Source of the DNA: Candidatus Uhrbacteria bacterium RIFOXYC2_FULL_47_19 | GTDB taxonomy: Bacteria; Patescibacteriota; Patescibacteriia; SG8-24 | NCBI GenBank assembly: GCA_001791745.1 | Contig: MGFG01000032.1 | Location: 3,775 to 67,774 of the forward strand | DNA: 64,000 nt | Reading direction: 5' to 3' | Part shown: positions 1 to 8,436 of the stretch, one piece after another | How positions within the stretch are numbered: the stretch's first letter is position 1 | Layout of the letters: each line of letters begins with the position of its first letter | Notes under the pieces: generated by a model | Seen by the model: the letters and a program-made list of their open reading frames with translations, nothing else | The model's database searches: none | What the model was told of the DNA's origin: nothing | Position numbers and translations under genes: made by a program

Positions 1-586
1 TGGATCTACCGATGGGACAGAAGAAATACTTCGTCCTTTTTTGTCGAGGATTTCTTATGTCTGGCAGGAGAATCAAGGTGCGAATTCAGCCAGAAATCGC
101 GGTTACCGCGAAGCTCGTGGCAGGTTGGTTTTATTTTGTGATGCTGACATCGTTATGAAACCTAATTGCCTAAAGAAGATGGTTCAGATTCTTGAATCAC
201 AGCCTGATGCAGCTTATGTTTATTGTTCATTCATGTATGGCTGGAAGAAGTTTCGACTTTGGCCTTTCGATCCAGTTCGATTACGACGAATAAATTATAT
301 TCACACCACTTCATTGATTCGACGAGAGTACTTTCCTGGTTTCGATGAAGCTATCCATAAACTACAAGACTGGGATTTATGGCTAACCATGCTTGAGCGT
401 GGACAGTTTGGGGTTTGGATACCCGAGTATTTGTTCTTAGCCATACCACATCGAGGTGGTATTAGTACTTGGATACCAGGAATTTTTTATCGTATACCGT
501 GGATTAGACTAGGTCTTCGAATGCGAGCTGTAGAAAGGTTTCAAATAGCGGAACGTATCATTAAAAAGAAACATCATTTGAACTGA
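1..586 (+). CDS. Family 2 glycosyltransferase, 5'-truncated by the window edge. The frame is open from nt 2, with the first in-window Met at 41.
   Basis: Translation shows a GT2 core. The DxD-like motif is CDADIV, followed by the conserved C-terminal GT2 region (DWDLWLTMLERG). There is no stop codon upstream in frame. Confidence 0.7.
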   Translation, partial: GSTDGTEEILRPFLSRISYVWQENQGANSARNRGYREARGRLVLFCDADIVMKPNCLKKMVQILESQPDAAYVYCSFMYGWKKFRLWPFDPVRLRRINYIHTTSLIRREYFPGFDEAIHKLQDWDLWLTMLERGQFGVWIPEYLFLAIPHRGGISTWIPGIFYRIPWIRLGLRMRAVERFQIAERIIKKKHHLN

Positions 587-590
587 GAAT

Positions 591-3053
591 ATGGATTTAA
601 GCGTTATTATTCTCAATTGGAAGGTTAGAGAGTTATTGCGTCGTTGCTTGGCTTCAATTTTTGAACAGACTGCTGGATTAAGCTTTGAGGTTATTGTCGT
701 AGACAACAACTCCGGCGACGGTAGTGCGGAAATGGTTCGACGGGAGTTTCCACAAGTGCGACTCATTGAGAATTCAAGCAATGTAGGATTTGCTGCTGGC
801 AACAATCCTGGCATCGCCGCAGCTAAAGGAGAATTTATATTATTGTTAAACCCAGATACTGAACTGCGAGGCAATGCTTTGTTTGGGATGGTTAGAGTCA
901 TGCGTGATCAACCGGATTTAGGGGTGCTAGGTCCTCGCTTATTAAATCCAGACGGGTCACTACAAGAGTCGGTTCGGGCTTTTCCTGGTTTAGTGGACCA
1001 AGCCATGATTATGTTAAAACTACATCGTCTTTTTCCAGACTGCGCTTCACTACGTCGTTATTTATGTGCCGATTTTGATTATTCAGTCACAGCGGATGTT
1101 GATCAGGTTATGGGTGCAGCTTTTTTAACCCGGCGGTCAGTGTTAGATCAGATCGGTTCGCTCGATGAAGATTATTTTATTTGGTTTGAGGAGGTTGATT
1201 TTTGTCGGCGTGTGCAGATGGCTGGATTGCGAGTTGGTTATACTCCCGAAGCCGAGGTGGTGCATCATGGTGGAGAGAGTTTTGCTCAGAAGATGGGTCC
1301 AATCAAACAACGTTTTTGGAATACCAGTCTACGGACTTACATGCGTAAACATGGAAACTTATTGTCGCGATTAGTAGTATCTTTATTGCATCCAGTATCT
1401 ATGCTACTTTCATGGGTTATATATTTAATTCCCAGCCTGTTTTGTAGAGGTGTTGACCCCAAGAGTCGGCAATTGTCTGGTTCGCACCTCTTTTTAATTT
1501 TATTAGCTGGCTACACTCTTTTAGAGCTCGTATCCTGGATTGGCTACAATTTTTCATGGTTGAATCAAGTAGCATTTTTTATTGTAGTTTTGGTTGTAGC
1601 TATACTAACTTGGTTTCGACCATGGTTGGGGGTTGTAGCAGTTTTGGGTGAGCTGTTTATTGGGTCGCAGGGCGGCTATCTATTGGCAGTTGGACCAGCT
1701 GATGTTGATGGTGCCATTCTGTCGTTACGAATGGGTTTATTTTTGACCGTGTTTGGAGTTTGGGCGGCTCGAAATATACTAATGTTGGTTACGGGACTTA
1801 GACATCGTTCTATTAAAGCACCAGCTTGGTATAAGGAGATGCAGTCGTCCGGTTTATTATGGCCGTATTTAATTTTTTTGGTCATGTTAGTTTTTAGTGG
1901 ACTGCGTGGGCTATTGGCTAGTAATGGTTTTAGTAATGTTTTCTTTGACGCCAATGGTTACGCTTTTTTTGTCTTATTTCCGGCTTTTATTGATGGTTGG
2001 CCAGGACTTAAAACTGGACGAGTGCTGTTTTATGTATTGGCTGCGGCCATGACAGTGTCGGTTGCAAAATCACTGGCTACACTTTATTTCTTTTCACACC
2101 ATCTTTTTTATGTTGCTGCCAATATGTATGTTTGGGTCCGCGACACCAGAGTAGGGGAGGTGACCATAATGACTGCGGATTTTCATCGGGTATTTTTTCA
2201 ATCACATCTCTTTGTACTGACTAGTATTTTTGTCGTGCTACTTTTAGCTGCGACTGCACCTCGCATATTTCGTCGGCGATCATTTTGGCTTCCGTTTGGA
2301 TTGTTAGCCTGGGGCTTAATTGGTTTGTTACTAGGGTTATCAAGAAGTTTTTGGTTTGGTGGGTTCATTGGGACCGGTGTGATGATTGGATTGCTACTCT
2401 GGACCGGTGGTGGGCGTGGTCTTTGGCATAGGATGATACTTATTGCTCCATTATCGTTGATTGCATCCACAGCGATCATTACTGCAGTCTATATTTTTCC
2501 GTTTCCCAATAAGACCGGAGACATGTCGTTAACCTCATTGTTGGGAGAAAGGGTCTTTTCTGTATCCGGTGAGGCAGCAGCTAATAGTCGTTGGGCATTA
2601 TTGCCGGAGTTATGGACTGCCGGTTGGCGACATCCAATATTTGGGTCAGGACTCGGTACCGAAGTTACTTATACCACTAGTGATCCTCGTCTACTCGTCG
2701 ATAATCCGACAGGACGTTACACTACCTTCGCCTTCGAGTGGGGCTATCATGATCTTTGGATAAAATTTGGATTATTAGGGCTTGTAATTTATGCTTGGTT
2801 AATCGCTGTTGTATTGAAACCCATCATGCTTTTCATTTGGGAAGGATCAATACGAAAGAGTGGGTCGGTCGATAAAGGTCGATTGGTTTCTCGTGAAGTA
2901 CTAGTTGCTATCGGTGTAGTGTCGGGTGTAGCAGCGTTACTTGGAACCCATATTTTTAGTCCATATTTGAATCATCCATTAGGTATTGGTTTACTAATGG
3001 CAGTTGCGGCTTGGGGTATTTCATTGAGAAAAGTTGGTGATTCTAAGATATAA
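591..3053 (+). CDS. Fusion protein: N-terminal GT2 glycosyltransferase (about 250 aa) plus a roughly 570-aa polytopic membrane domain with a Wzy_C / O-antigen-ligase-like motif.
   Basis: The N-terminus (VIILNWKVRELLRRCLASIFEQT...VIVVDNNSGDGS...NVGFAAGNN...DEDYFIWFEEVDFC) is a typical GT2. The C-terminal half has many TM helices and the WaaL/Wzy_C-like segment RWALLPELWTAGWRHPIFGSGLGTE...EWGYHDLW. Confidence 0.65.
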   Translation: MDLSVIILNWKVRELLRRCLASIFEQTAGLSFEVIVVDNNSGDGSAEMVRREFPQVRLIENSSNVGFAAGNNPGIAAAKGEFILLLNPDTELRGNALFGMVRVMRDQPDLGVLGPRLLNPDGSLQESVRAFPGLVDQAMIMLKLHRLFPDCASLRRYLCADFDYSVTADVDQVMGAAFLTRRSVLDQIGSLDEDYFIWFEEVDFCRRVQMAGLRVGYTPEAEVVHHGGESFAQKMGPIKQRFWNTSLRTYMRKHGNLLSRLVVSLLHPVSMLLSWVIYLIPSLFCRGVDPKSRQLSGSHLFLILLAGYTLLELVSWIGYNFSWLNQVAFFIVVLVVAILTWFRPWLGVVAVLGELFIGSQGGYLLAVGPADVDGAILSLRMGLFLTVFGVWAARNILMLVTGLRHRSIKAPAWYKEMQSSGLLWPYLIFLVMLVFSGLRGLLASNGFSNVFFDANGYAFFVLFPAFIDGWPGLKTGRVLFYVLAAAMTVSVAKSLATLYFFSHHLFYVAANMYVWVRDTRVGEVTIMTADFHRVFFQSHLFVLTSIFVVLLLAATAPRIFRRRSFWLPFGLLAWGLIGLLLGLSRSFWFGGFIGTGVMIGLLLWTGGGRGLWHRMILIAPLSLIASTAIITAVYIFPFPNKTGDMSLTSLLGERVFSVSGEAAANSRWALLPELWTAGWRHPIFGSGLGTEVTYTTSDPRLLVDNPTGRYTTFAFEWGYHDLWIKFGLLGLVIYAWLIAVVLKPIMLFIWEGSIRKSGSVDKGRLVSREVLVAIGVVSGVAALLGTHIFSPYLNHPLGIGLLMAVAAWGISLRKVGDSKI

Positions 3054-3082
3054 CATCTTCATCGGACTAAAAGCCATGAATC

Positions 3083-3116
3083 AAAATACCGCCCTTATTG
3101 GGCGGCTATTTTTTAA
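3083..3116. terminator. Bidirectional rho-independent terminator between the convergent GT2-fusion gene and fmt.
   Basis: The hairpin is CCGCCC-ttatt-GGGCGG, with an A-run on one side and a T-run (ctatttttt) on the other. Confidence 0.6.
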
Positions 3117-3117
3117 G

Positions 3118-4068
3118 TCAGATTAATTTTGGGGGTGGATAGCCATGTAAGAAGTCGGTGCCAGACATGGCTCTACGCCCCTCAGGTTGGACTGCTATTA
3201 GTTGTACTGCCTCATCGTTCATAACGACTACAGCAGGCAGGCCATCTTTGGTCTCGATAACTGTGCCAGGGGTTTGACCATTTGCATGAATAATTTCGGC
3301 ACGAAGTAGTGCAGTACGTACTTTTTTATTATTCCTGGTTATCCAATCGAAACGAACACCAGGCCATGGACGATAGGCTCTGATCTGACGTTCGATTCTC
3401 CAGGCATTAGCCGTAGTCCAGTTTATTAATGCATCCTCTTTTCGGATCATTTTAGTAAAGGTCGCCAACTCGTGATTTTGTTCTTGAGGAAGTAAGGTTC
3501 GATCAGCTAGCATGGGTAGACTTTCAACAAGTAGTCCGGCGGCAGCTTCGGACAAACGACCAGTCAGTGATAGATAGTCGTCATCTTCTTTAATGTTTTC
3601 AATTGTAGTGGCTAAAATTGGACCATGGTCCATTTTCTCGTCCATTAGAATTAGAGTAACCCCGGTTTCGGTCTCGCCTTCGAGAATGGCAGTTTGAATA
3701 GGGGAAGCACCTCGATATTTTGGTAGCAGTGAACCATGGAGATTTATTGAACCAAGCTTCGGCATTTCGATAACCTGGCGTGGTAATATTCGTCCGTAGG
3801 CAGCTACAATAAATAGGTCAGCTTGTAATTTGTGCAGGGTTTTCAAGAAGGATGAGTCAATATTCTCTGGTTGGAGCAAGAGTAGGTTTGATTGGCGGGC
3901 GACTATGCTCACTGGCGAAGATTGGTTTTCTTGATGTCGACCCACGAGTCGGTCCGGCTGTGAGACCACTGCTATAACATCGAAGACTTCTGGGTGAGTG
4001 AGTAGTGATTGGAGTGATGGTACAGCGAAGTCTGCTGTTCCAAAGTAAACGATATGAATTGGTTCCAT
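3118..4068 (-). CDS. fmt: Methionyl-tRNA formyltransferase.
   Basis: Formyltransferase core motifs SINLHGSLLPKYRGASPIQ, and a C-terminal Fmt domain. Confidence 0.9.
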   Translation of the reverse strand: MEPIHIVYFGTADFAVPSLQSLLTHPEVFDVIAVVSQPDRLVGRHQENQSSPVSIVARQSNLLLLQPENIDSSFLKTLHKLQADLFIVAAYGRILPRQVIEMPKLGSINLHGSLLPKYRGASPIQTAILEGETETGVTLILMDEKMDHGPILATTIENIKEDDDYLSLTGRLSEAAAGLLVESLPMLADRTLLPQEQNHELATFTKMIRKEDALINWTTANAWRIERQIRAYRPWPGVRFDWITRNNKKVRTALLRAEIIHANGQTPGTVIETKDGLPAVVVMNDEAVQLIAVQPEGRRAMSGTDFLHGYPPPKLI

Positions 4069-4112
4069 GCGTTTGATTATAAAAAATCGTAACCGAAGTA
4101 CAAGAAAAGACG

Positions 4113-4577
4113 TTAGGTCCGATTTTGTTCTTCAATGCGGTCGACGAATAATATGCCATCAAGGTGGTCCATTTCATGTTGCATGACTCGAGCAAAGAAT
4201 CCTTTGGCAGTGAAAGTTATCTTTTTGTCTTCGAGTGTCAAAGCCTCAATATCCACTTCTGTTGCTCGTCGAACTAAACCGTATTTTCCGGGAATAGATA
4301 GGCAACCTTCCTCATAGGGAGTAGTTTTTTTTGACATCTTGGTGAACTTGGGATTGATGAGGGCAATTGGTCCAGCTGAGGTTTCAGCCACAAAAACACG
4401 TTGGTTGATTCCTATTTGTGGGGCGGCCAGGCCAACTCCTTGGGCAGCGCGCATTGTTTCGATCATGTTTTCTACTAAACATCTAAAAACATCAGTCCGA
4501 ATTTCATCAAGATCGATTTCGTTGGCACGTTGGCGTAGTATTGACTCGCCGATGGTTACTATCTTTTTTATTGACAT
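4113..4577 (-). CDS. def: Peptide deformylase.
   Basis: The three PDF motifs are present: GVGLAAPQIG, EGCLSIPG and HEMDHLDG. Confidence 0.9.
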   Translation of the reverse strand: MSIKKIVTIGESILRQRANEIDLDEIRTDVFRCLVENMIETMRAAQGVGLAAPQIGINQRVFVAETSAGPIALINPKFTKMSKKTTPYEEGCLSIPGKYGLVRRATEVDIEALTLEDKKITFTAKGFFARVMQHEMDHLDGILFVDRIEEQNRT

Positions 4578-4590
4578 ACAATTTTATTGC

Positions 4591-6471
4591 TCAGCCAATC
4601 ATTTCTGGATTACGGTCCACAATATAGCTTTCTGGTAAGTTGGTGAGTGCTTGTTGGATACTTGGTGGGATGTTTATTTCGGTTTTGACTACAACCACGC
4701 TTCTCCATAGTCCATCACGAAATGGACGGCGGTGGCGTAGCGGACCAGCAACGATTCCATGTTCCGAAGCTATCGTCTTTTTAAGTGTGGTGAGTAATTC
4801 TTTTGCTTGTCGTTCAGTTTCGTTCTGATCAGGATTTCTGACAGTAATTGTTAGAAGTGTACCAAATGGAGGATAGGCTGAATTTTGTCTAGCTTCTAGT
4901 TCTGCTGTTACAAAGTCATGTTCGTTCGAGTTGAGTAATTTGATTTTGGTGCCATCTGGATCAAGTGTCTGCATTAGGAGTGATGCATTAGATGAAGCAG
5001 CAATATCTTTAAGTGTTCGAATGGTTCGCCAGGCGTCTTCCATTACACGGAAGCCAGGAAATGTTAGTAGTCCATCTAGATCAGTTACAACTACACAACC
5101 CCAGTCGCTTCGTGAAGGTAGTTCAGCTAGGTCGTGCAGCATTAAACGGGTACCGATAAGTATATCGGATTCATCGATAGTTCTGTCATGCTTCTCATTC
5201 AAGAGATCTGAATCGTAGGCAGCTACTTTATTTTTTGGGAACTCTCTTTGTAGAGCCGTTTCAAGTGACTTAGTACCCAGGCCTATGTTGTGTAAATTAA
5301 CATCGCCACATTTGGGACAGACTATCGGCAGGGTTGAGATGGTAGCGCAGCGTGGGCAGCGTAGATTACCGTTACCAACACCCAGTGCAATGTCGCACCG
5401 CTCACAACGGAACACTAATCGACAACCATTGCAGATTAAGGCTCCAGCTGTGCCGAGGCGGTTATGGTAAACTAGCACCTTTTTCCCTTGATGTAAAGAC
5501 TCGACTGCTCGATCCATAACCACCGGTGATAGTGGATGATCATAACCTTTTGGATTGCCAGTGATATTGATCAACACTGTTTTTGGATCAGAGGTTGGTG
5601 TGGCTAGTCGAGACAATTGATTTTTAGCAGCCAGAGCATACTCTTCTAGACGTGGAGCATGTGATAGATAAGCCAGACTAGCCTTAGACTCGTCTGCTCG
5701 CCAGAGTGCGATTTCTCGGGAGTCGTAACGAGGATTTTGATCATATTGACGTAGATCAGGACTATCAGACTCAAGTACTAAAAACAGACCTGGATTGCGA
5801 ACTGGAGCAAGAGCAGCTAGTCGAGTTCCGATCACAATCGCGATTGGTTCAGCTAGAAGGCGTTTCCAATTAGTACGTAGCTGTGAGTTCGTTAATTTAC
5901 CATGGATTTCCACGACAGGCGGACCATCAGGAAAGGTCAGTGCTTTGTTTAGCCTAGTGATTTCAGTGCTGTGTGGTGTAATTATAATGACACCATGACC
6001 AGAATTAATAGTACTCTTTGTTAGACGTATTGTTTCGGCAATTTTTTCATCAGAATGTCGGTATCTGATCAGCGATCGTTCGGTAGAATTAATCTTCGTC
6101 CCAACGATTTGTTCTGATAATCCTTTAGGGTCGTCGGTTAGTAATTTGGTCTTAGGTGTTCTAGGTAGGAAAGATTTTAGGGCTGTGGCTGGCGAGACCA
6201 AATAATGGTCTGACATTTTTTGCGGCAAATTAAGTAAATCTTCTCCTAGAACATGATAGTCGCCGAATCCGAGTAATTCAACGATTTGTTTATTTTTGAA
6301 CGTTGTGGTTTCGGAAAGTTCAATTACCAATCCATCGACCGGTCGTCCTCGCCAGGGGACGACAACCCATGAGCCGCGCTGCACCAAACCGCGGTACCTT
6401 TCTGGTACCGCGTAATCATACGCTCCTAAGTTTTTTGGTAGGCGGACGGCTGGGATGATTTTAGCGAACAT
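4591..6471 (-). CDS. priA: Primosomal protein N' (PriA) homolog with degenerate helicase ATPase motifs.
   Basis: An N-terminal 3'-DNA-binding-like region. A four-CxxC zinc module (CNGC...CERC...CPRC...CPKC). A C-terminal PriA domain. The Walker A position reads RYRHSDEK instead of GxTGSGKT, and the DExH position reads LVLESD. Confidence 0.75.
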   Translation of the reverse strand: MFAKIIPAVRLPKNLGAYDYAVPERYRGLVQRGSWVVVPWRGRPVDGLVIELSETTTFKNKQIVELLGFGDYHVLGEDLLNLPQKMSDHYLVSPATALKSFLPRTPKTKLLTDDPKGLSEQIVGTKINSTERSLIRYRHSDEKIAETIRLTKSTINSGHGVIIITPHSTEITRLNKALTFPDGPPVVEIHGKLTNSQLRTNWKRLLAEPIAIVIGTRLAALAPVRNPGLFLVLESDSPDLRQYDQNPRYDSREIALWRADESKASLAYLSHAPRLEEYALAAKNQLSRLATPTSDPKTVLINITGNPKGYDHPLSPVVMDRAVESLHQGKKVLVYHNRLGTAGALICNGCRLVFRCERCDIALGVGNGNLRCPRCATISTLPIVCPKCGDVNLHNIGLGTKSLETALQREFPKNKVAAYDSDLLNEKHDRTIDESDILIGTRLMLHDLAELPSRSDWGCVVVTDLDGLLTFPGFRVMEDAWRTIRTLKDIAASSNASLLMQTLDPDGTKIKLLNSNEHDFVTAELEARQNSAYPPFGTLLTITVRNPDQNETERQAKELLTTLKKTIASEHGIVAGPLRHRRPFRDGLWRSVVVVKTEINIPPSIQQALTNLPESYIVDRNPEMIG

Positions 6472-6488
6472 GGCACATATCCGATTAA

Positions 6489-7289
6489 TCAGGAGGTTTT
6501 GATACTAGCGACTAGGTAGCCGACGCCCAATGGTTTTTCGTAGGAAAAAATTTGTGGTTCGACATTCATACCATCGAGTAATCCAAAGAGCAGGGCTAAT
6601 GGTGCTGCACCACAGGCCTGGGCCTCTTTAGCCCAATCATCATCGACATCTAAGATGCCTATTGGGTTTCGCTCCTTGAGTAGTTCAACGATCTTATCGT
6701 CAAAAGCCACTCCTTTCGGGGACAAGCCACTAGGAGAATCTTCACCTACACGATGGGATAGATCTGCAGAAGCAATAACAGCTATTCTAGAAGTGGAATC
6801 CATTATTTCTGACTTAAGTGCTGTACCGATTTCAAAATGGGCCTTTAGACCTAATTCTGACGATGGACGTAGAGGTACAATGCGTACCTCCTTAAGACTT
6901 TCAGTTAGATAGTGTAGAGGTACCGAGGAACCGTAATCTAGAAAATCCTCACTCGTTAGCGTTAGTGGTAAATGTAATCGTTTAAAATCCTCGCGCAGTC
7001 TGTCTATGAGCATGGTGGCTGGTCGCCATTCGTCCTTAGTTACCAGATCACCAAACTCATCAAAGCGGCTGACATATTTGGAGTTAAAATTGATGGTAAT
7101 AGCGTCGACTAGCATCTCACCGTGGGGTGAGATTATAACAATAATATCCGGTCGGGCTGCTAAGAGCTCTTGTTCTAGTTGTTTCATTGATTGACTAGTC
7201 TTTTCTATTATTTTGAGACCCTCAACCTTGCCAATCTTTGGCATTAGAATAGGGGTATGGGCGGCAATACCGCTGAAAATTAAAGTCAT
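6489..7289 (-). CDS. Memo-like / LigB-superfamily (class III extradiol dioxygenase fold) protein.
   Basis: Segment DIIVIISPHGEM resembles the Memo/LigB metal-binding His motif. Its size of 266 aa fits the family. Confidence 0.4.
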   Translation of the reverse strand: MTLIFSGIAAHTPILMPKIGKVEGLKIIEKTSQSMKQLEQELLAARPDIIVIISPHGEMLVDAITINFNSKYVSRFDEFGDLVTKDEWRPATMLIDRLREDFKRLHLPLTLTSEDFLDYGSSVPLHYLTESLKEVRIVPLRPSSELGLKAHFEIGTALKSEIMDSTSRIAVIASADLSHRVGEDSPSGLSPKGVAFDDKIVELLKERNPIGILDVDDDWAKEAQACGAAPLALLFGLLDGMNVEPQIFSYEKPLGVGYLVASIKTS

Positions 7290-7401
7290 ATGGATAATTT
7301 ATACCATTTTAAAAGTCAAAAGACGATTCCTGTCTAGCGATATTAGACTAGATATTATTGGGTGTATGTAACCAATTCCTTGGTTGTACACAGGGGAGTC
7401 T

Positions 7402-7430
7402 TTGACGTTCGGTTTTTGTTCGGGTATGAT
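7402..7430 (+). promoter_or_regulatory. Sigma70-like promoter of lexA: -35 TTGACG (7402-7407), a 17-nt spacer, and -10 TATGAT (7425-7430). The spacer contains a direct repeat GTTCGG-N5-GTTCGG.
   Basis: Read directly from the sequence, about 20-35 nt upstream of the lexA start. Confidence 0.4.
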
Positions 7431-7449
7431 TTAGTTAGGTCTGAAGAGG

Positions 7450-8088
7450 GTGTGGATAGATTTTATGAACAGACAAGAAAAATTAACAAAAAAACAACAT
7501 CAGATTCTTGAGTATGTGACCGGATACATCCGGGGGAACGGCTACGCTCCATCCTATCGGGATATAGGTGAAGCGCTTGGCTTGTCCTCGACTGCTACGG
7601 TCCACGAGCATATCAAGAATTTGAAAGAGAAAGGGTGTTTGTCGAGCGGTAATGGTGAAGCACGAGCCTTGGAAGTAGATCCGGAGTTGTCTAGGATTGC
7701 GGTAGCTGTGACCTTACCACTCCTAGGTTTGATAACGGCTGGGGAGCCGATTGAGGCGGTAGAGGGTAAAGAGACCATGGATATTCCAGCAACACTAGTC
7801 AGAAAGCCGGATGATACTTTCGTCTTACGGGTAAGAGGGGAGTCAATGAAAGATGATGGTATTTTATCCGGCGATTTAGTGATCGTAGAGAAGAATCCTG
7901 CACCTCGTGATGGAGATACAGTAGTGGCTCTATTGGATAATGAGTATGCAACACTGAAGCGTTTCTATCGAGAGAAGGGAAGGGTGAGACTGCAGCCGGC
8001 GAATAGTTCTATGGAACCAATTTACGTAAAGGAATTGGCGGTTCAGGGTGTAGTTAGAGCGGTGATTAGAGATTTTCGGTCGGGTTAA
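7450..8088 (+). CDS. lexA: LexA repressor (S24 peptidase). The ORF-track start at 7450 is GTG, and the ATG at 7465 is the likelier start.
   Basis: An N-terminal winged HTH (YAPSYRDIGEALGLSSTATVHEHIKNL), the cleavage region, and the S24 catalytic motifs VRGESM...LKRF. Confidence 0.85.
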   Translation: MWIDFMNRQEKLTKKQHQILEYVTGYIRGNGYAPSYRDIGEALGLSSTATVHEHIKNLKEKGCLSSGNGEARALEVDPELSRIAVAVTLPLLGLITAGEPIEAVEGKETMDIPATLVRKPDDTFVLRVRGESMKDDGILSGDLVIVEKNPAPRDGDTVVALLDNEYATLKRFYREKGRVRLQPANSSMEPIYVKELAVQGVVRAVIRDFRSG

Positions 8089-8137
8089 ACTTCAGGCTAT
8101 CACCCTTGTTTCATTAAAGGTCGTTTTAATAAACAAA

Positions 8138-8176
8138 AACGTCACGCCCGTGGGAGAGTGGCGCGACGTTTTCCCG
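8138..8176 (+). terminator. Candidate lexA terminator hairpin.
   Basis: An 11-bp stem AACGTCACGCC / GGCGCGACGTT with one mismatch and a 12-nt loop, followed by TTTTCCC. Confidence 0.4.
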
Positions 8177-8382
8177 GGACGAGCCTTTTGGTTCGACCCG
8201 ATCCACGCACTGTGGCACCATTATTTTAGCATGGTGCCGTAACTTAGCCAAGTTATGGTTAGGAGGAAAGTTAGAGCGATGTGGCGTCAATATTTCGGCG
8301 CCGTCATCGATGTAATAATTGCTCGCTAGAATGCGAGTCGCGAGGTCGCCGCCGAATATTGAGCAGGCCTCAACAATGCGGC
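8177..8382 (+). ncRNA. Candidate structured small RNA or structured 3' UTR in the lexA-clpB convergent spacer. Strand is uncertain.
   Basis: Several perfect hairpins read directly: GGCACCAT-N9-ATGGTGCC (8213-8237), CTCGC-tagaat-GCGAG nested inside TTCGGCGCCG...CGCCGCCGAA, and TTGAG-caggcc-TCAA. It ends at a strong terminator. No ORF longer than 31 codons. Confidence 0.2.
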
Positions 8383-8421
8383 GAAAACCCCCGGTCTCCT
8401 TTCGGGGGTTTTGTTTTTTTT
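8383..8421. terminator. Strong bidirectional rho-independent terminator, serving clpB on the minus strand and the spacer transcript on the plus strand.
   Basis: ACCCCCG-gtctccttt-CGGGGGT, flanked by AAAA on the 5' side and TTTTGTTTTTTTT on the 3' side. Confidence 0.7.
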
Positions 8422-8436
8422 AAATAAGATTAATGG

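Noticed and set aside
8196-8230. A tRNA/tmRNA-like T-arm motif (GGTTCGACCCGATCC ... GGCACCA) in the lexA-clpB spacer.
   Set aside because: No 5-bp T-stem can be drawn around the TTCGA loop, and no acceptor, D or anticodon arms are evident. This is not a tRNA or a canonical tmRNA 3' domain.
8255-8285. Weak resemblance of GGTTAGGAGGAAAGTTAGAGC to the SRP RNA domain IV (GGTCAGGTCCGGAAGGAAGCAGC).
   Set aside because: Too many mismatches, and the flanking helix is not present. More likely an SD-like box with a 16-codon ORF.
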